A stretch of DNA of 64,000 nucleotides from a virus: IMG/VR virus record IMGVR_UViG_3300036770_005287, positions 1 through 64,000 of that record. One strand, 5' to 3'. A program made the translations under genes and the position numbers. This document shows positions 37,817 through 49,345 of this stretch, piece by piece. Positions within the stretch are counted from its first letter, which is position 1. Each line of letters begins with the position of its first letter. The notes beneath the pieces are model-generated. The model saw nothing but the letters and a program-made list of their open reading frames with translations. It was not told the origin of the DNA and searched no databases.

Positions 37817-39045
37817 TAGCGCTTCTTCCGGCCTTTGGCTACGGCCTTTTTCCGGGCTTCGCGCGCTTCGACATCAGCCTTAAACTTCCTCACCCAATGC
37901 GTGACGACCTGATAATGTTTCACCAGCTCATCACCAAGCGGCGTTTCTTTTAAGTGATTGCCTATCTGGCGCAAATCCATCACCGCATCCGGATGCGCGT
38001 GTGCAATGACTGAATCTTTTTGCGCCAGCCGCTCACCTTCTCGCACGCCGGCAACAAACTCATCCACGGGCAACTCTTTGATGCGGGCTAACAGCTCTGC
38101 CTGCTGCTCTGCTGATAACGGCAATCCATCACCTGAGCGGACCATTAACTGGCCGTTGTGCTCAAACACAACTTGGCCGCGACCGTCATAATCCAGCCCC
38201 AGGTAAGTGCAGTAAGGAGTGTCTTTGAACTCAGAGCCAAGCCAATCCCGGTTAGTGCTGAGCAAATAGAAATCAATGGTCCCTGCAATGGCATATATCG
38301 GTTGACGCTGCAGCAGCTCATTGACGCGCGTCACGAATGTTATTTTCCGGCGCAGCTCTTCACATTGAACGTGCTTTTCTGCCAGCAGCTTGTTGGACTT
38401 TTCAACATGATTTGCCAGGGATTCGAGCGTTGGCCGGCTGGTTTCCACAACGCTGGTCATCTTGCGCAGCAACTCGTCGCGCTCATGCGCCTCCGCAATC
38501 AGTGCTGATGATTCGGCCTGCAGGCGTGAAATTGTCACCCGCAACTCAGCAACCAGTTCAGCACTGGCAGCCTTATTGCTCATGCGCTCGTTTGTTTGTG
38601 TTAGCTCAGTCTGAAGCGCGACAACCTTGCGTTTTTGCAGTAAATGGCCGTCTTTTTCCTTGTTTAGCTCAGATTTTGTGGCTGCCAACTCTTGCCGGGT
38701 TTCGTTCAGTAAAGTTTCTAAATCGGCCGCCTTGCTGCGCCAATTGTCGGCGTTTTGAAGTGCGCTATCGAGCTGGTTTTCAACCGTACTCAGTTTGTTC
38801 TGAATGCCGATCTGGATCTTCTTTAACTGTGTCACTTCCTGCTTGCTGGCGGTCGATTGCTGCAACAGCGTGTCATACTTCAGCTCGGCCGCAGCCAAAA
38901 GCGCATTAGTGTTATCTACCAGTTCCTGATTTTCCGCTTCCAATTCGGCAATGCGCGCTTCCTGGCTTAGTAACCGCTCTGCATTGTCACTCAATACCGC
39001 TTTTTGCACCGCAATCAGTTGTGCTTGTTCGTTGCTGCCCGACAT
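37816..39045 (-). CDS. Long coiled-coil protein
   Basis: Heptad-rich; ATG 39045 with GAGG SD. Confidence 0.7.
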   Translation of the reverse strand: MSGSNEQAQLIAVQKAVLSDNAERLLSQEARIAELEAENQELVDNTNALLAAAELKYDTLLQQSTASKQEVTQLKKIQIGIQNKLSTVENQLDSALQNADNWRSKAADLETLLNETRQELAATKSELNKEKDGHLLQKRKVVALQTELTQTNERMSNKAASAELVAELRVTISRLQAESSALIAEAHERDELLRKMTSVVETSRPTLESLANHVEKSNKLLAEKHVQCEELRRKITFVTRVNELLQRQPIYAIAGTIDFYLLSTNRDWLGSEFKDTPYCTYLGLDYDGRGQVVFEHNGQLMVRSGDGLPLSAEQQAELLARIKELPVDEFVAGVREGERLAQKDSVIAHAHPDAVMDLRQIGNHLKETPLGDELVKHYQVVTHWVRKFKADVEAREARKKAVAKGRKKR

Positions 39046-39052
39046 AAAACCC

Positions 39053-39409
39053 TCAATCATTTTTATTAATGCGCGAACCGGCATAAAACCGGTCCACCGC
39101 TTTGCGTTCCAGCACATCGTTTGGCGTGATAGCGACCAGATACTGATGTTTGAGTTTTTTGTACTCTTTTTCAGCTGCAGCTAGGCGCTGGGATTGCGCC
39201 TTAATCACACCGATCGCATGCATGAGTTCAACGCCGGTACCATGGCAATCCATACAATCGAGCGGCCCGAGCAACCCGGACACCTTGCCTGTACCCTTGC
39301 ACACCTGACAAAGCGGCATCGACTTGACCGCGGGCTCATCCGATATCACTTCAATCGTGACAATAACGGGCGTTGCCGCGGTGCCTTTGCGGGGGACTAT
39401 CTTGCTCAC
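39053..39409 (-). CDS. DnaJ-type zinc-finger protein
   Basis: CQVCKGTG...CMDCHGTG. Confidence 0.7.
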   Translation of the reverse strand: MSKIVPRKGTAATPVIVTIEVISDEPAVKSMPLCQVCKGTGKVSGLLGPLDCMDCHGTGVELMHAIGVIKAQSQRLAAAEKEYKKLKHQYLVAITPNDVLERKAVDRFYAGSRINKND

Positions 39410-39416
39410 CCTGATT

Positions 39417-39428
39417 TATCCTAACGTT
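39417..39428 (-). promoter_or_regulatory. AACGTTAGGATA motif
   Basis: Exact copy overlapping the RBS of 39053..39409. Confidence 0.7.
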
Positions 39429-39496
39429 GAACAGGCTTTAATTATGACAAAGTGTTACGGGTAACGCAAAGAGATTTAACTTAATCCGGTTGCGAG

Positions 39497-39841
39497 TTGC
39501 GCAACTTGCACCAATTTGATATATTGAAACCGTCCAGTGAGGACTCGGATAAACAGGAGGTGGTATTGCAGGTAGTGTTAAAGCCTGGCACTGAAGAATC
39601 GACACGACGCGCATTGCGTGAAATGTCACAGTCAGCGGCGCAGAAAGTGACTGAAGTAATGCAGATTTTAAGCAAGTCTGTTTCACTTCAGGAGGCCAAA
39701 AAGGCCCTTTTGGGCGATATGGCCATAGATGGTGAGTCATTCAGCATTTTGATTAAAGAAAATTTCCAGTTTGTAGTTGCGGGAATTCTCGGGCAGGAAC
39801 AAGACGATTTGCTGATAGTTGAGGTTAAGGCCTACAACTAG
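39497..39841 (+). CDS. Degenerate HigB-like protein
   Basis: Precedes higA; C-terminal half follows the RelE/HigB strand pattern but lacks the usual catalytic residues. Confidence 0.4.
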   Translation: MRNLHQFDILKPSSEDSDKQEVVLQVVLKPGTEESTRRALREMSQSAAQKVTEVMQILSKSVSLQEAKKALLGDMAIDGESFSILIKENFQFVVAGILGQEQDDLLIVEVKAYN

Positions 39842-39897
39842 CCTCGGGCGGCGCGCTGGGACACCGGCGCCAACCCTTAATCATTAGGAATTACATT

Positions 39898-40200
39898 ATG
39901 AACACATCATTCGTGACACTTGAACAGCTGCGCAGCGAAGGCTTAATTGGGGCGCCGCTTGGCGTCGGCTATCATATCGATCAGTTTATTCGCCGCTTGG
40001 GCCTGACCAAAGAAGAGGCCGCAAAACGTATTGGCGTATCAAAATCAACCATCACCCGCGTTGTGAATGGCGATTCACAGTTATCAGTAGAGCTGAGCGC
40101 AAAGCTGAAGCAACACTTAGACGCCCCCGTCGAGCTATTTTTCAGAATCGACGCAGAGGCCAAGGCCTACCAGGTAGATCAAATGCTGAAAACGACATGA
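39898..40200 (+). CDS. higA: HigA-family antitoxin/HTH
   Basis: 'LGLTKEEAAKRIGVSKSTITRVVNG...LSVELSAKL'. Confidence 0.75.
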   Translation: MNTSFVTLEQLRSEGLIGAPLGVGYHIDQFIRRLGLTKEEAAKRIGVSKSTITRVVNGDSQLSVELSAKLKQHLDAPVELFFRIDAEAKAYQVDQMLKTT

Positions 40201-40230
40201 AAAAGCCCGGCGATTGCCGGGCTTTTCTTT
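40201..40230. terminator. Bidirectional intrinsic terminator
   Basis: AAAAGCCCGGC-GATT-GCCGGGCTTTT. Confidence 0.85.
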
Positions 40231-40232
40231 GA

Positions 40233-43200
40233 TTAGACAACCAGTATATCCGGGTTATCGCCATCACCTTTTAGTAAAATTGGCTCTGACTTCACCGGAT
40301 TCAATTCTTGACCAATATCCAACGAAACATCACAAGTAATTAGATCGCCACTCTTCATATCCATCCCTGCATAGTTGAAAGGTAAGTACATTAAAGGATT
40401 GCCGGAACTTACATCTATCACACCAATGTTGGCGTTCAGACTTATGATTGCTCTGTCAAGCAACTCTAAAACAAAGCCATTTTCCTTTGTTGTAAGCGTT
40501 GCACTCGCCTTTACGCCGGAGCCGAGATCCAGATATACAGGCAATTTGTCATATTCCGGCAAGCTAAAAAGTTTCTTCATTGCTTCAGTTGCCACTGGCA
40601 TAGCAGCCCCTCCCTATATTGCTTTTAATCCGCACCAACCAGCTGGCAAGAATGTTTTATTTCAATACCCGGCATATTGGCCCGCAATCCATCTGCAAAG
40701 TCATCACAAGCCTTTTTGGTGGCAAATGCCAACCGGGCAGTGTCCGCATCAATAGCAACGCCGGTTCCCATCTTCACTGCAGCATAGACAACGCTCAGGA
40801 TCCATCGTTCTGACGTTGGCGGCTCAGGCCAGTTGCCTGGATTGTCGCCACGGGCAAAAGCCGCCAGCGGGAATAACGTTAATAGCAGTAAGCGTTTAGT
40901 TGTCTTCATCTGCCCTGCTTTCGGCTGCGAAATATTGCTTTTGCTCAACATTAGTAATGCCCCAGCAACCAATCTGAACATGCTTGTCCGCCCATGCCTT
41001 AATCAACTCCAAAAGCTCGGATTCACCTTCTTCGCTGACGTGAAGGTTTCCATTGGCAAGATCACCAACTTCTTCTGACAAGCCCTCATCAAGATTTTCC
41101 AGCACATAGGTAACGACGATATCACTAAGCAAAGCTGATGCTTTAATGTCTTTTCGCTCTCCCTGGTAATAGATATCACCGTCTGAAAGCCCAAGGGCGC
41201 CCACGTCCTCAGCGTTAAACAATTCACCATCTGTGCTGTAGTACAAGTCTTTATCTGCCATGACGATTCCTTTTAAAACTTTTCATGCTGCTGAACACCT
41301 CTTTTAAGGCCTAATGAATCACGCACCGCATTCAACTCTGCGCAACAGTGCCTGGCAACCTGCCCGGTAACGCTGTCATTTTCCAACACTGTTTTCTCAA
41401 TGCTGTTTAAAGCCGCTTCAACATCGGCCAAATCTGAAATTGAGTAGGTGACAGACTTAGCTGTAGGATTAATACGCATCTTAGAATGTTTCTCCATAAC
41501 TCTTTGCTATTTTCAATGTTTGTCATTTCCTTTGATTGCTGTGAACCGCTCATACGTGATCCGCTGCCAGCTCTCTGACGCATCGACATCATTGCTACAG
41601 CAGTGAACCCCCTGCAGGCCAAACGCGGCTGCATCCCATGGCATTTGTGTAGTGCCCTGGCAGGCTGAACACTGAAAGTAAACAAAGTTGCTAGGCGGGC
41701 ATTCGCCATTGTGTGCATCACCACAAATCAGGCAATGCGGCAACCAGGTAAAGTCCGGGTACTTCCCGCGCAGCTGCCAGCCAATGCCTGCAGGCTCAAT
41801 CGGGATAGGTGGCATCACTGATACACACTTTTCGCAATAGGTTCGATATCCGCCAGCATTGTTCTCTGTGATTTCAACAGAACAACCAGGGCAGCGAACC
41901 ACATACGGAAACTTGAATAAATTTTCAGACATTACTATGCCTCCCGGCCTTTTCTTAGCCCTTGCCTAAAGCGCATTCGCTCAATGATTTGCACAAGCTC
42001 ATCCCGCGCCAACTCCGCATCAAATTGCGCATCCATGAGTTTATTCAGGTCCTTGCGCATAATTGTCAGTAGCGCCTTTTCTTTCTCCACCAGCTCATCA
42101 AGGCGGGCTACATTCTCTTTTGTGTATTTGCCAAGCGCTGTCTGAACTATCTGCTTTGCCTCCTGGCGCAGCGCTATCAGGTCAGATCCAACACTCATCC
42201 TGGCGTCACACTCGGCTTTTGCTTTTTGGGCGCGCCTGGTAAATGCCGGCAATTCTTTTTCCAGAATGCTGAGCACCAAATCATCGCCTCTCAACGGCTC
42301 TTTACTGCGCATGATGCGGCCCCTTTGACACTCAGCCAGCCAATAAAAGCCGCCAGCGATATCACTATCAGCAACCAAAAAGCACCTACGACAACGCCTT
42401 CAACAGCATCCCGCCAGCGCCGGCCCTGCGAATCAAACACAAAGCCGGCAATCAGTAGCGCGATAACTCCATAGGACCAGCAAAGCCAGGTAAACAAGTC
42501 GATCACTGCTTATCATCCTTTCGCCACCAGCCGCCAGTGACACAAAACCATACCCCTGCAACGATGATGCACATCAGTCGATACGGCGTAGTTATCCAAT
42601 GCCACACGGTATGCAAAGCTGGCCCCAGCCGTGAAGGGCGATACCGCAAAGCACGCTCCCGGCTCAACGCTGCCAACGCATCTTTTTCACGGGCAACACT
42701 TTCCGCCAGCTCATCACAGGTCAGCGCGTGCAACTCTGCGAGTGTCTGATACTGGCGTAGTAAACCGGCATAATCAGCCGCGGGTTCAAAATTCTTTCGC
42801 ATTATCCAGCTCCTAGCGCCAGTTCAGATGTTTCAGGCAGTACTTTGACGACCTTGTATTTGCTCTTGCCAATTTCCTTCTGAGCGTGCTCACCTTCGAT
42901 AATGCGACACCCAAACGGGGCTGAGCGGGCAATCAGCTTTTCGCCTTTTACCATGCCATCCCAGTCAGCCAACATGACAATCCGAACTCTTGTACTGCGC
43001 ATAAATAAATCCCAACAAAAAAGGCCCATCAAAGGGCCACGTATGCCTAACCGTTAGAGCTTGATAACCCGATAGCCCCGCTCACTGCCATGCCAGTGGA
43101 TCCGACGCATTTTGCTCACAACTGGCGCCTGACCGCGCAGCGGTTCGTTTGCGTCAACAGCTGGCGCGCAATTACTGCAGCTGGCCTTTAACTGTCTCAG

Positions 43201-43640
43201 CGCCTCACTGAAGCCAGCGCCGGTTGTTCTGAATGTGAATGATTTGCCCGCTTTGATAGCATCCGCTATCATGCCAACTGTATTGCTCATGTAAGCTCCT
43301 AAGTCTGCCCGACTTGTTTATTGTGACGATACGCGCCCTACGGCAGTTACCAGCTGCTGTAGGGCAACACCTTTCAAATGCCGTTATCCGGCAATCTCTT
43401 GCGCTCCACGCTGTTTAAGCTACTCATTAATCGACTGAAATACGCTTTTCTGTATTCATCTAATTCGCCAGAATCACGCAGCTCATTGAACCGATTTACA
43501 CTGTAAATCCCTTTAGATTCAATTAGTTCCTTGGTGAATTGCTCAACGTTTGGCTTAAAGGCCTGAAACCCTGCTTTCATCCAATCAGCGATAGCCAACA
43601 CGACTTGTTTTTGCTCTTCACTCAGCGGTTGCTGTGCCAT
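40233..43640 (-). other. Cluster of ~11 small hypothetical early-type genes
   Basis: Tightly packed minus-strand ORFs: 40233..40601, 40625..40909, 40896..41261, 41273..41497, 41513..41932, 41935..~42313, 42291..42506, 42503..42802, 42802..43032, 43054..43290, 43374..43640. Confidence 0.6.
43493..43509. other. parS2-type palindrome
   Basis: Same 17-mer, ~290 bp upstream of parA. Confidence 0.7.
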
Positions 43641-43644
43641 TGTT

Positions 43645-43656
43645 TATCCTAACGTT
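43645..43656 (-). promoter_or_regulatory. AACGTTAGGATA motif
   Basis: Exact copy overlapping the RBS of 43374..43640. Confidence 0.7.
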
Positions 43657-43796
43657 AATAACGCTTAATAATGGAATGTTTTTAAATTAGTTACTTTCGA
43701 CGTGCAATGCAAGGAATATTTCAATACTTTTTGGTGCTTTCTCCTGTTTTTTATGGAATGATGCTAATTGTATAGAGGCAGACAACGGGAACTACC

Positions 43797-44981
43797 ATGA
43801 AAAATCCGATTAATACCCTTCAAACACTGCGCGATATCGGCGCACGCATCAAAGGCGTTGTGTCCTGGAATCGTGAATCGACGTTATTAGACGCCGCCAG
43901 CCCCACCGGCAAGTTTATGCGGCACTACAACCAGGCTGAAGCCATCCGGGCAACAGGCTGCCATGAAAAGAATATCGGGGAATACTGCGCAAAGCTCGAT
44001 ATTGATCCGCGGGATGGTCAGCGCTGGCGGATAAACCTGGCAGACGTGCAACGGATCCGCCAGCTGGTGAATGGCAAAAACTTTAAGCGCGCAGCGGACC
44101 AGGAATTGGCTGTTATCACAGTCAGTAGCCTCAAAGGCGGAGCCAGCAAAACAGTTTCATCTGTCACCCTGGCAACAGGCCTTGCTACTGAATGCCTGGC
44201 AAACTACCGGATAGGCGTGATTGACTTAGATCCGCAATCCACAGCAACAGCCATTTTAAACCCGCTGGCGGATGAGACTTATATTTCAGTGGGCGACCTG
44301 ATGATGGACGCCGTTGAGCTCGATGCCGGTGAAACCTTCGAGGATGCATGCCGGCACGCATTTGTAGAAACCAATGTGCCGAATCTGCGCTTGCTGCCGG
44401 CCAAAGACAGCGACCGCGAATATGAGCTACTGGCAGAAGAGCGCAAGATGAAGGGCCATTATGTAGCGTATAAGGACCTGCAGCGCATCATTGACGCCGT
44501 TGCTGATGACTTTGACATCATCATTATTGATACGTCACCACAATTCAGCACAGCAACGCTATCTGCGCACTACGTTGCCAACAGTCTGATCATTCCGTTA
44601 AAGCCTACAGAGAACGACCGGGACGCAACACACAAGTACCTGCAGTACCTGGCACAGATGTATGAGCTGTTAGCAGGCCTTGGCCATCCCGGCTATGACA
44701 GCGTGCGTATTCTGCTGAGCTGTATCAGAAGCAACAGCGCCACTATCCGAGCCATTGCCAATGAGATCCGGGGCGTTTTGGGCTCACACTGCTTTACCAC
44801 TGAAATTCCAGAGTCTGAGGCCGTACTAACATGCGCAAAACAGTACTGTACGGTCTTTGATTTAAGCCCGCACGAATACACCCCATTTGGCAGCCGGCGC
44901 ACGCTCACCGACGCACAGGAACGATTTGGTGAACTGGTGAAAGAAGTCGAAGCCACGTTGCAGAAAAAATGGGGGCTCTGA
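43797..44981 (+). CDS. parA: Plasmid partition ATPase ParA (type Ia, N-terminal HTH)
   Basis: KGGASKT deviant Walker A, IDLDPQ and IIIDTSP motifs. Confidence 0.93.
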   Translation: MKNPINTLQTLRDIGARIKGVVSWNRESTLLDAASPTGKFMRHYNQAEAIRATGCHEKNIGEYCAKLDIDPRDGQRWRINLADVQRIRQLVNGKNFKRAADQELAVITVSSLKGGASKTVSSVTLATGLATECLANYRIGVIDLDPQSTATAILNPLADETYISVGDLMMDAVELDAGETFEDACRHAFVETNVPNLRLLPAKDSDREYELLAEERKMKGHYVAYKDLQRIIDAVADDFDIIIIDTSPQFSTATLSAHYVANSLIIPLKPTENDRDATHKYLQYLAQMYELLAGLGHPGYDSVRILLSCIRSNSATIRAIANEIRGVLGSHCFTTEIPESEAVLTCAKQYCTVFDLSPHEYTPFGSRRTLTDAQERFGELVKEVEATLQKKWGL

Positions 44982-45595
44982 TGGATAAGTTCTATTTGCG
45001 CGACACAAGGACCAACCTTGGCAGCAATGCCATGTTTTGGGCCATCAAAGGCAGCTATACGTCTGATGTGCTCAATGCTGAAGTGTTCGACCGGGAAAGA
45101 GCGCTGCGCCAACACGAAAGCCGCAGCACCGATTTGCCGGTGCCGGTGGAAAGCATTACGCCGCACCTGCGCACCCGGTTTGATATGCAGTCTTTACCCG
45201 ATGAGGCAACAAGTGAAGGTCTTTGCGTCCTGATTGATATGGGCCGCTTTGACGGCAACGACTGCTGTTTTATGAAAGCGGACGGCACTTTCACCTATGA
45301 CTTTGACCTGGCGCTGCGCACCCCATACGCCAATGCTAAAGCGCTCACCGCCAACTATGAGAACCAGCGGATACGCATCTATCACGTTGATAGCCTTTTG
45401 AACTGGCTGCGCAAATCCGTTGCTTACAAACACTGTGACGCGGCTGAAATGGCAAAAGCTGGCAACTACCAGCTGAAACAGCCGGAAAAGGTGAAAATGC
45501 GCCGTGAAACGTTCAATTGCGTGCAATGCGGCAAATTCATCAGCGAATCAGAATTCTACCAGGGCTGCAAAAAATGCGGCGCATCGAATTACTAA
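44981..45595 (+). CDS. Hypothetical protein with C-terminal Zn ribbon, inserted between parA and parB
   Basis: TGATG overlap with parA; CVQC...CKKC. Confidence 0.7.
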   Translation: MDKFYLRDTRTNLGSNAMFWAIKGSYTSDVLNAEVFDRERALRQHESRSTDLPVPVESITPHLRTRFDMQSLPDEATSEGLCVLIDMGRFDGNDCCFMKADGTFTYDFDLALRTPYANAKALTANYENQRIRIYHVDSLLNWLRKSVAYKHCDAAEMAKAGNYQLKQPEKVKMRRETFNCVQCGKFISESEFYQGCKKCGASNY

Positions 45596-45604
45596 GGGCA
45601 GACT

Positions 45605-46594
45605 ATGAAAGCACCACAAAGAAGTAAGCCGGTTTTCCGGGGGCTGAGCACAGATCAGCTTGAACACGCACAGCAACAAGCATCATCACTAATGCCATTT
45701 ATCCGGCTGCCAGTGCGCGGCCTCATGCTGCAATTTGAGCTGGTGACGATTGAGCATGCCGACATCGATACAGCTACCGTTGTCGATGATGAGAACTACC
45801 GGGATCAGCAACTGCTAAACGCCTACAGCCTGTCAGACATTCTGCCATCGCTGGCGGATGACGGTCAGCAATTCCCAGGCTTTGGCTATCGCACTGAAAG
45901 CGGCGTGATTAAGGTTGTGGACGGCAGCCGGCGCCGGGCTGGTTGTAAGCTCACCGGCCGGCCATACCTGGTATACGTTGCTAAAGAAGAGATCTCACCG
46001 GAGGACGTGCGCCACGTCAGCAAAATTGCCAACATCAGCAAGGCGCTATCCCTGTATGAGCGCGGCGCTATGTATCAGGCCATGCTGGCGGACGGTCTTT
46101 ATCCGGACAACAAAAGCCTGGCTATCGCTGAGAACGAAAACGAATCGACGGTCAGTCTGGCACTGCAGATCCGACGTTTTATCCCGGCGCAGTGGGTTCA
46201 ATTCGCCCCGAGCGTCTACGACCTTGGCAGGCCCGCCTGGCAAACGCTGATTAAATACAGCCAGTCTGACAGCATCAAAACGGCAATCAGCCAATACCTG
46301 GCCTGTTTTGAAAGCCCGGACCAGTATTTTGCTACGCTCAAAAATGATGCAGACACCCCAGCCGCCAGCATGGCTGCCATGAATAAGCAGTTTATGGATA
46401 GCCTGGCTGCGCAGATTGTTCACAACAAGCCAAAAGCTGCCCCGCCAGCCATCCTGGCATCTAAGGGCAAATCTACGGCCGTCGTGCTCAAATCATCCGC
46501 CAGCGGCTTTACCGTCAAGATAGACGGCATTGACGATAAGACACGGGAAAAGCTCGAATTAGCTATTCAGAGCGTGATCCAGGGCACTAAATAG
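45605..46594 (+). CDS. parB: Partition protein ParB
   Basis: 'VVDGSRRR' CTPase box, 'LSLYERG' and central HTH. Confidence 0.92.
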   Translation: MKAPQRSKPVFRGLSTDQLEHAQQQASSLMPFIRLPVRGLMLQFELVTIEHADIDTATVVDDENYRDQQLLNAYSLSDILPSLADDGQQFPGFGYRTESGVIKVVDGSRRRAGCKLTGRPYLVYVAKEEISPEDVRHVSKIANISKALSLYERGAMYQAMLADGLYPDNKSLAIAENENESTVSLALQIRRFIPAQWVQFAPSVYDLGRPAWQTLIKYSQSDSIKTAISQYLACFESPDQYFATLKNDADTPAASMAAMNKQFMDSLAAQIVHNKPKAAPPAILASKGKSTAVVLKSSASGFTVKIDGIDDKTREKLELAIQSVIQGTK

Positions 46595-46676
46595 CCCATT
46601 GGCCGGCCGGCAACGCCGGCTGGCCTTTTGCTTTTCAATCCATCTTAAAAAATACTAACGTTAAACAGGAATTATT

Positions 46677-47309
46677 ATGAGCACAGAAATCAGCGCCAGC
46701 TTACCGACTGATAAAGCGGCAGGTATGACCCTCTTATTCATCGACTTAGAGACTGGCGGCCTGTCTGGATTGCTGGATAACGGCCGCATGGGCTGTCAGT
46801 ACTATCCGATTTTTCAAATAGCACTCATTGTCACTGATCAGGAACTGCAAAAGATTGCCCCGCCTATGGTGATCCACGTCCACCAGACTGAGGAAATGAT
46901 TGCGCGCTGCCACGAATGGGCCATTAATCAGCACACAAAAACAGGCCTGCTCAAAGCGTCCCGCGAATCAGGCACTACCCTGGCTGAAGCGGAGGACACG
47001 ATTATCGAATACCTTAAAGCCTTTGGCATTAACGCGTATGACCGGGCATCGAAAATCGGCCCTGTCATGGCCGGCAACAGTATCACTCTGGACCGAATGT
47101 TTATCAGCGCGCAAATGCCAAAATTAGACGCATACATGCATTACCGGCAAATAGATATCAGCTCAGTTGCTATGCTTGGCCGCGCCATGGGGAAAAACTT
47201 GTTAGAAGGCGTTGATAAACGCTATACGCACAATGCGCTGGACGATATTGAAGAATGTTTGATTGAAGCCCGGCATTATTGCCGCACGCTGTTTAACGCA
47301 GAGATTTGA
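46677..47309 (+). CDS. orn: Oligoribonuclease (DEDDh)
   Basis: FIDLETGG, QHTKTGL, AGNSI..DR.F...MP.L..Y.HYR.IDISS and HNALDDI.E motifs. Confidence 0.9.
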   Translation: MSTEISASLPTDKAAGMTLLFIDLETGGLSGLLDNGRMGCQYYPIFQIALIVTDQELQKIAPPMVIHVHQTEEMIARCHEWAINQHTKTGLLKASRESGTTLAEAEDTIIEYLKAFGINAYDRASKIGPVMAGNSITLDRMFISAQMPKLDAYMHYRQIDISSVAMLGRAMGKNLLEGVDKRYTHNALDDIEECLIEARHYCRTLFNAEI

Positions 47310-47315
47310 ACCAAT

Positions 47316-47340
47316 AAAAAAGGCCCGCAAGGGCCTCTTT
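47316..47340. terminator. Bidirectional intrinsic terminator
   Basis: AAAAAAGGCCC-GCAA-GGGCCTCTTT between convergent genes. Confidence 0.8.
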
Positions 47341-47341
47341 A

Positions 47342-48300
47342 CTATTTGTTATTCATGCTAGGAATGGTTAGTGCCGCTTGTAGAGCGTGTTCTAAGTTGC
47401 CAGCAGTCAGCGGACGCCAGGTGAAATCACCATCAGTAACAGCCGCCTCATCTGCCTTGCAAGCGCAATCAATCCCGCGCTTATCCTCAGCCACCGGCAT
47501 CCAGAAATTGCGCGTCAAAATCCGGTGGTTGTCTTCAAGTGCATCTTGCATACCAAACTGAGCCTGCACAAAGCGCGCCTCATCAGCACTGCAGCGCTTT
47601 ACGTTGCCCGGCCGGCCTTTCGTCATTGATATGTGATACTGCGGCCCTATAGCGGCCTCAGCCACTTCCACAGCACTAATCACCAATATCTTGTACTTCG
47701 GGTGATACCAAAACACGTTTGCATACCCGGTCCCCAGGTTTACGCCGTCTTTGAGCTGCTGCCACGCCGGGCTTATCGGCTTTTTGGGCTGAATGATTGA
47801 AATTACTTCTGTCATAGCGGGATATTGTCACTCAGTATTTGGCCGTAAACACAGCCGTTGATTTTGATTTGCGCCAGGCGCTCATTTGCATCAGCAAACG
47901 ACTTCGCCCAGAAGTGAAATGACATCTTCCGGCCTTCGGCATCGATGTAATCCACGCCATACGTGAACCACATAGCCCCATTGTCATCCATAAACACCAG
48001 ATTCGCGTCAGGTGCGTTTTGCTTCGCTTTAAAGCCGTCAATGCTCACCACGTTATCAAAATCGCCCTGGCACAATTCAACGGGCGCAGCATTAACGGCG
48101 CTGTTATGGTCCGCCAGCGCTGGCCCTTGATCCATTCGAAGCCGGCGCTCTAACAAGGCAATTCTTTCCTTCAAAGCCCTGTTCTCAGCGGCGTATTGTT
48201 CTATTGTTTCTGGCTGCATCATTCCAAACCACCCTGACGCTTGATGGCTTTCATTATCAAAGACGCAGCAGCCCATATTTGCGTCGATACAAAGCCACAT
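47342..48300 (-). other. Two hypothetical genes (47342..47815 and 47812..~48300)
   Basis: Coupled ORFs at the end of the minus-strand early operon. Confidence 0.55.
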
Positions 48301-48376
48301 ATAATGATGGGCGTTGAGGCCAAGTACACTCCGTAAAATAAGATTACCAATGATGCGTACATATTAAAATTAGCCA

Positions 48377-48838
48377 TCACTCCACCCCCTTCCGAACCAT
48401 GGCGGCATTGTGTTTAATCATCGACTCAGTAATTATTTTTACTTTGTGATCTTCGCTGTATATGCACTTGCTCAGCAGCGACTCCAAAGCCTGCGCTTTG
48501 ACTTCTCGCACACAATCCACAGGTACTGAGCAGTCAATAGTCTGCTCAGTTTGTGAAAATCCATCCGTTAACAAGCGCAGTTGCTCTATACCTTTATCCG
48601 TCACCATCAATACCTGGCGCCGGTAATCTGTTAAGTCTGGCAATGCACTCACCAATCCCATAGAACTAAGATGTGAAACCATGCGGCCAAGCGTAGATTT
48701 TGGCAGATTCTGCTTTGGCACTAAGTCAATCAGTGAAAGCCCACTATTCTGCTGCACCAGAGAAAGCACGTACCATTCGCGCACTGTCAAATTGCTATCG
48801 ACCATCAGCGATAGGGCGTTGAGTATTGTTTTATTCAT
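48377..48838 (-). CDS. MarR-like winged-helix regulator
   Basis: 'LPKSTLGRMVSHL...GLV...D..DYRR..L.VT.KG'. Confidence 0.8.
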   Translation of the reverse strand: MNKTILNALSLMVDSNLTVREWYVLSLVQQNSGLSLIDLVPKQNLPKSTLGRMVSHLSSMGLVSALPDLTDYRRQVLMVTDKGIEQLRLLTDGFSQTEQTIDCSVPVDCVREVKAQALESLLSKCIYSEDHKVKIITESMIKHNAAMVRKGVE

Positions 48839-49345
48839 TGTTCTGAGCCTTTTGGACGCCGGCCTTTTTCGTGCCAGAAATGCGCGGACGGATCAATGGT
48901 GCCAGCGCAATGCTTACAGACGTATTTGCGCTTAAAATCGGTTTCTGTGAAGCCCGGCATTAACTCGAATTCGTGGTAGCTGCAGCTATTAAGTTTTCGG
49001 TGATTCTCTTTTACCTGCCGCGCTATATCGCCCATGGCATCTTCGCTAACGCCAATTACTTCAGCTAACTTCTGTAATCCATTTTTCTGTTCAGGCATCA
49101 CACAGACCTCAGCCAAATAGCGGCATAAACTGACGTTGCAACACGGTTTTTCCTATAAGCACCTGTTTTAATGAATGGCGTCCGGTAAACAGGCACCCCA
49201 TTTATTGCCAAGACAGTAATTGGACCGCGCCAGTCAGGTAATTGGATATCACTCAATTGCCTTGCCGGCAGGCCATCGCAAGTCCATTGGGTTTCAGCAG
49301 GGATCTTCGGGATTTCCATTCTGGAAAAATTCAATCGATGCGACA

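Noticed and set aside
40625-40909. Secreted protein containing NPGNWPEPPT, superficially like the PPGWPPT peptide
   Set aside because: The similarity is short and Pro-biased, and the gene is 9 kb away; likely coincidence.
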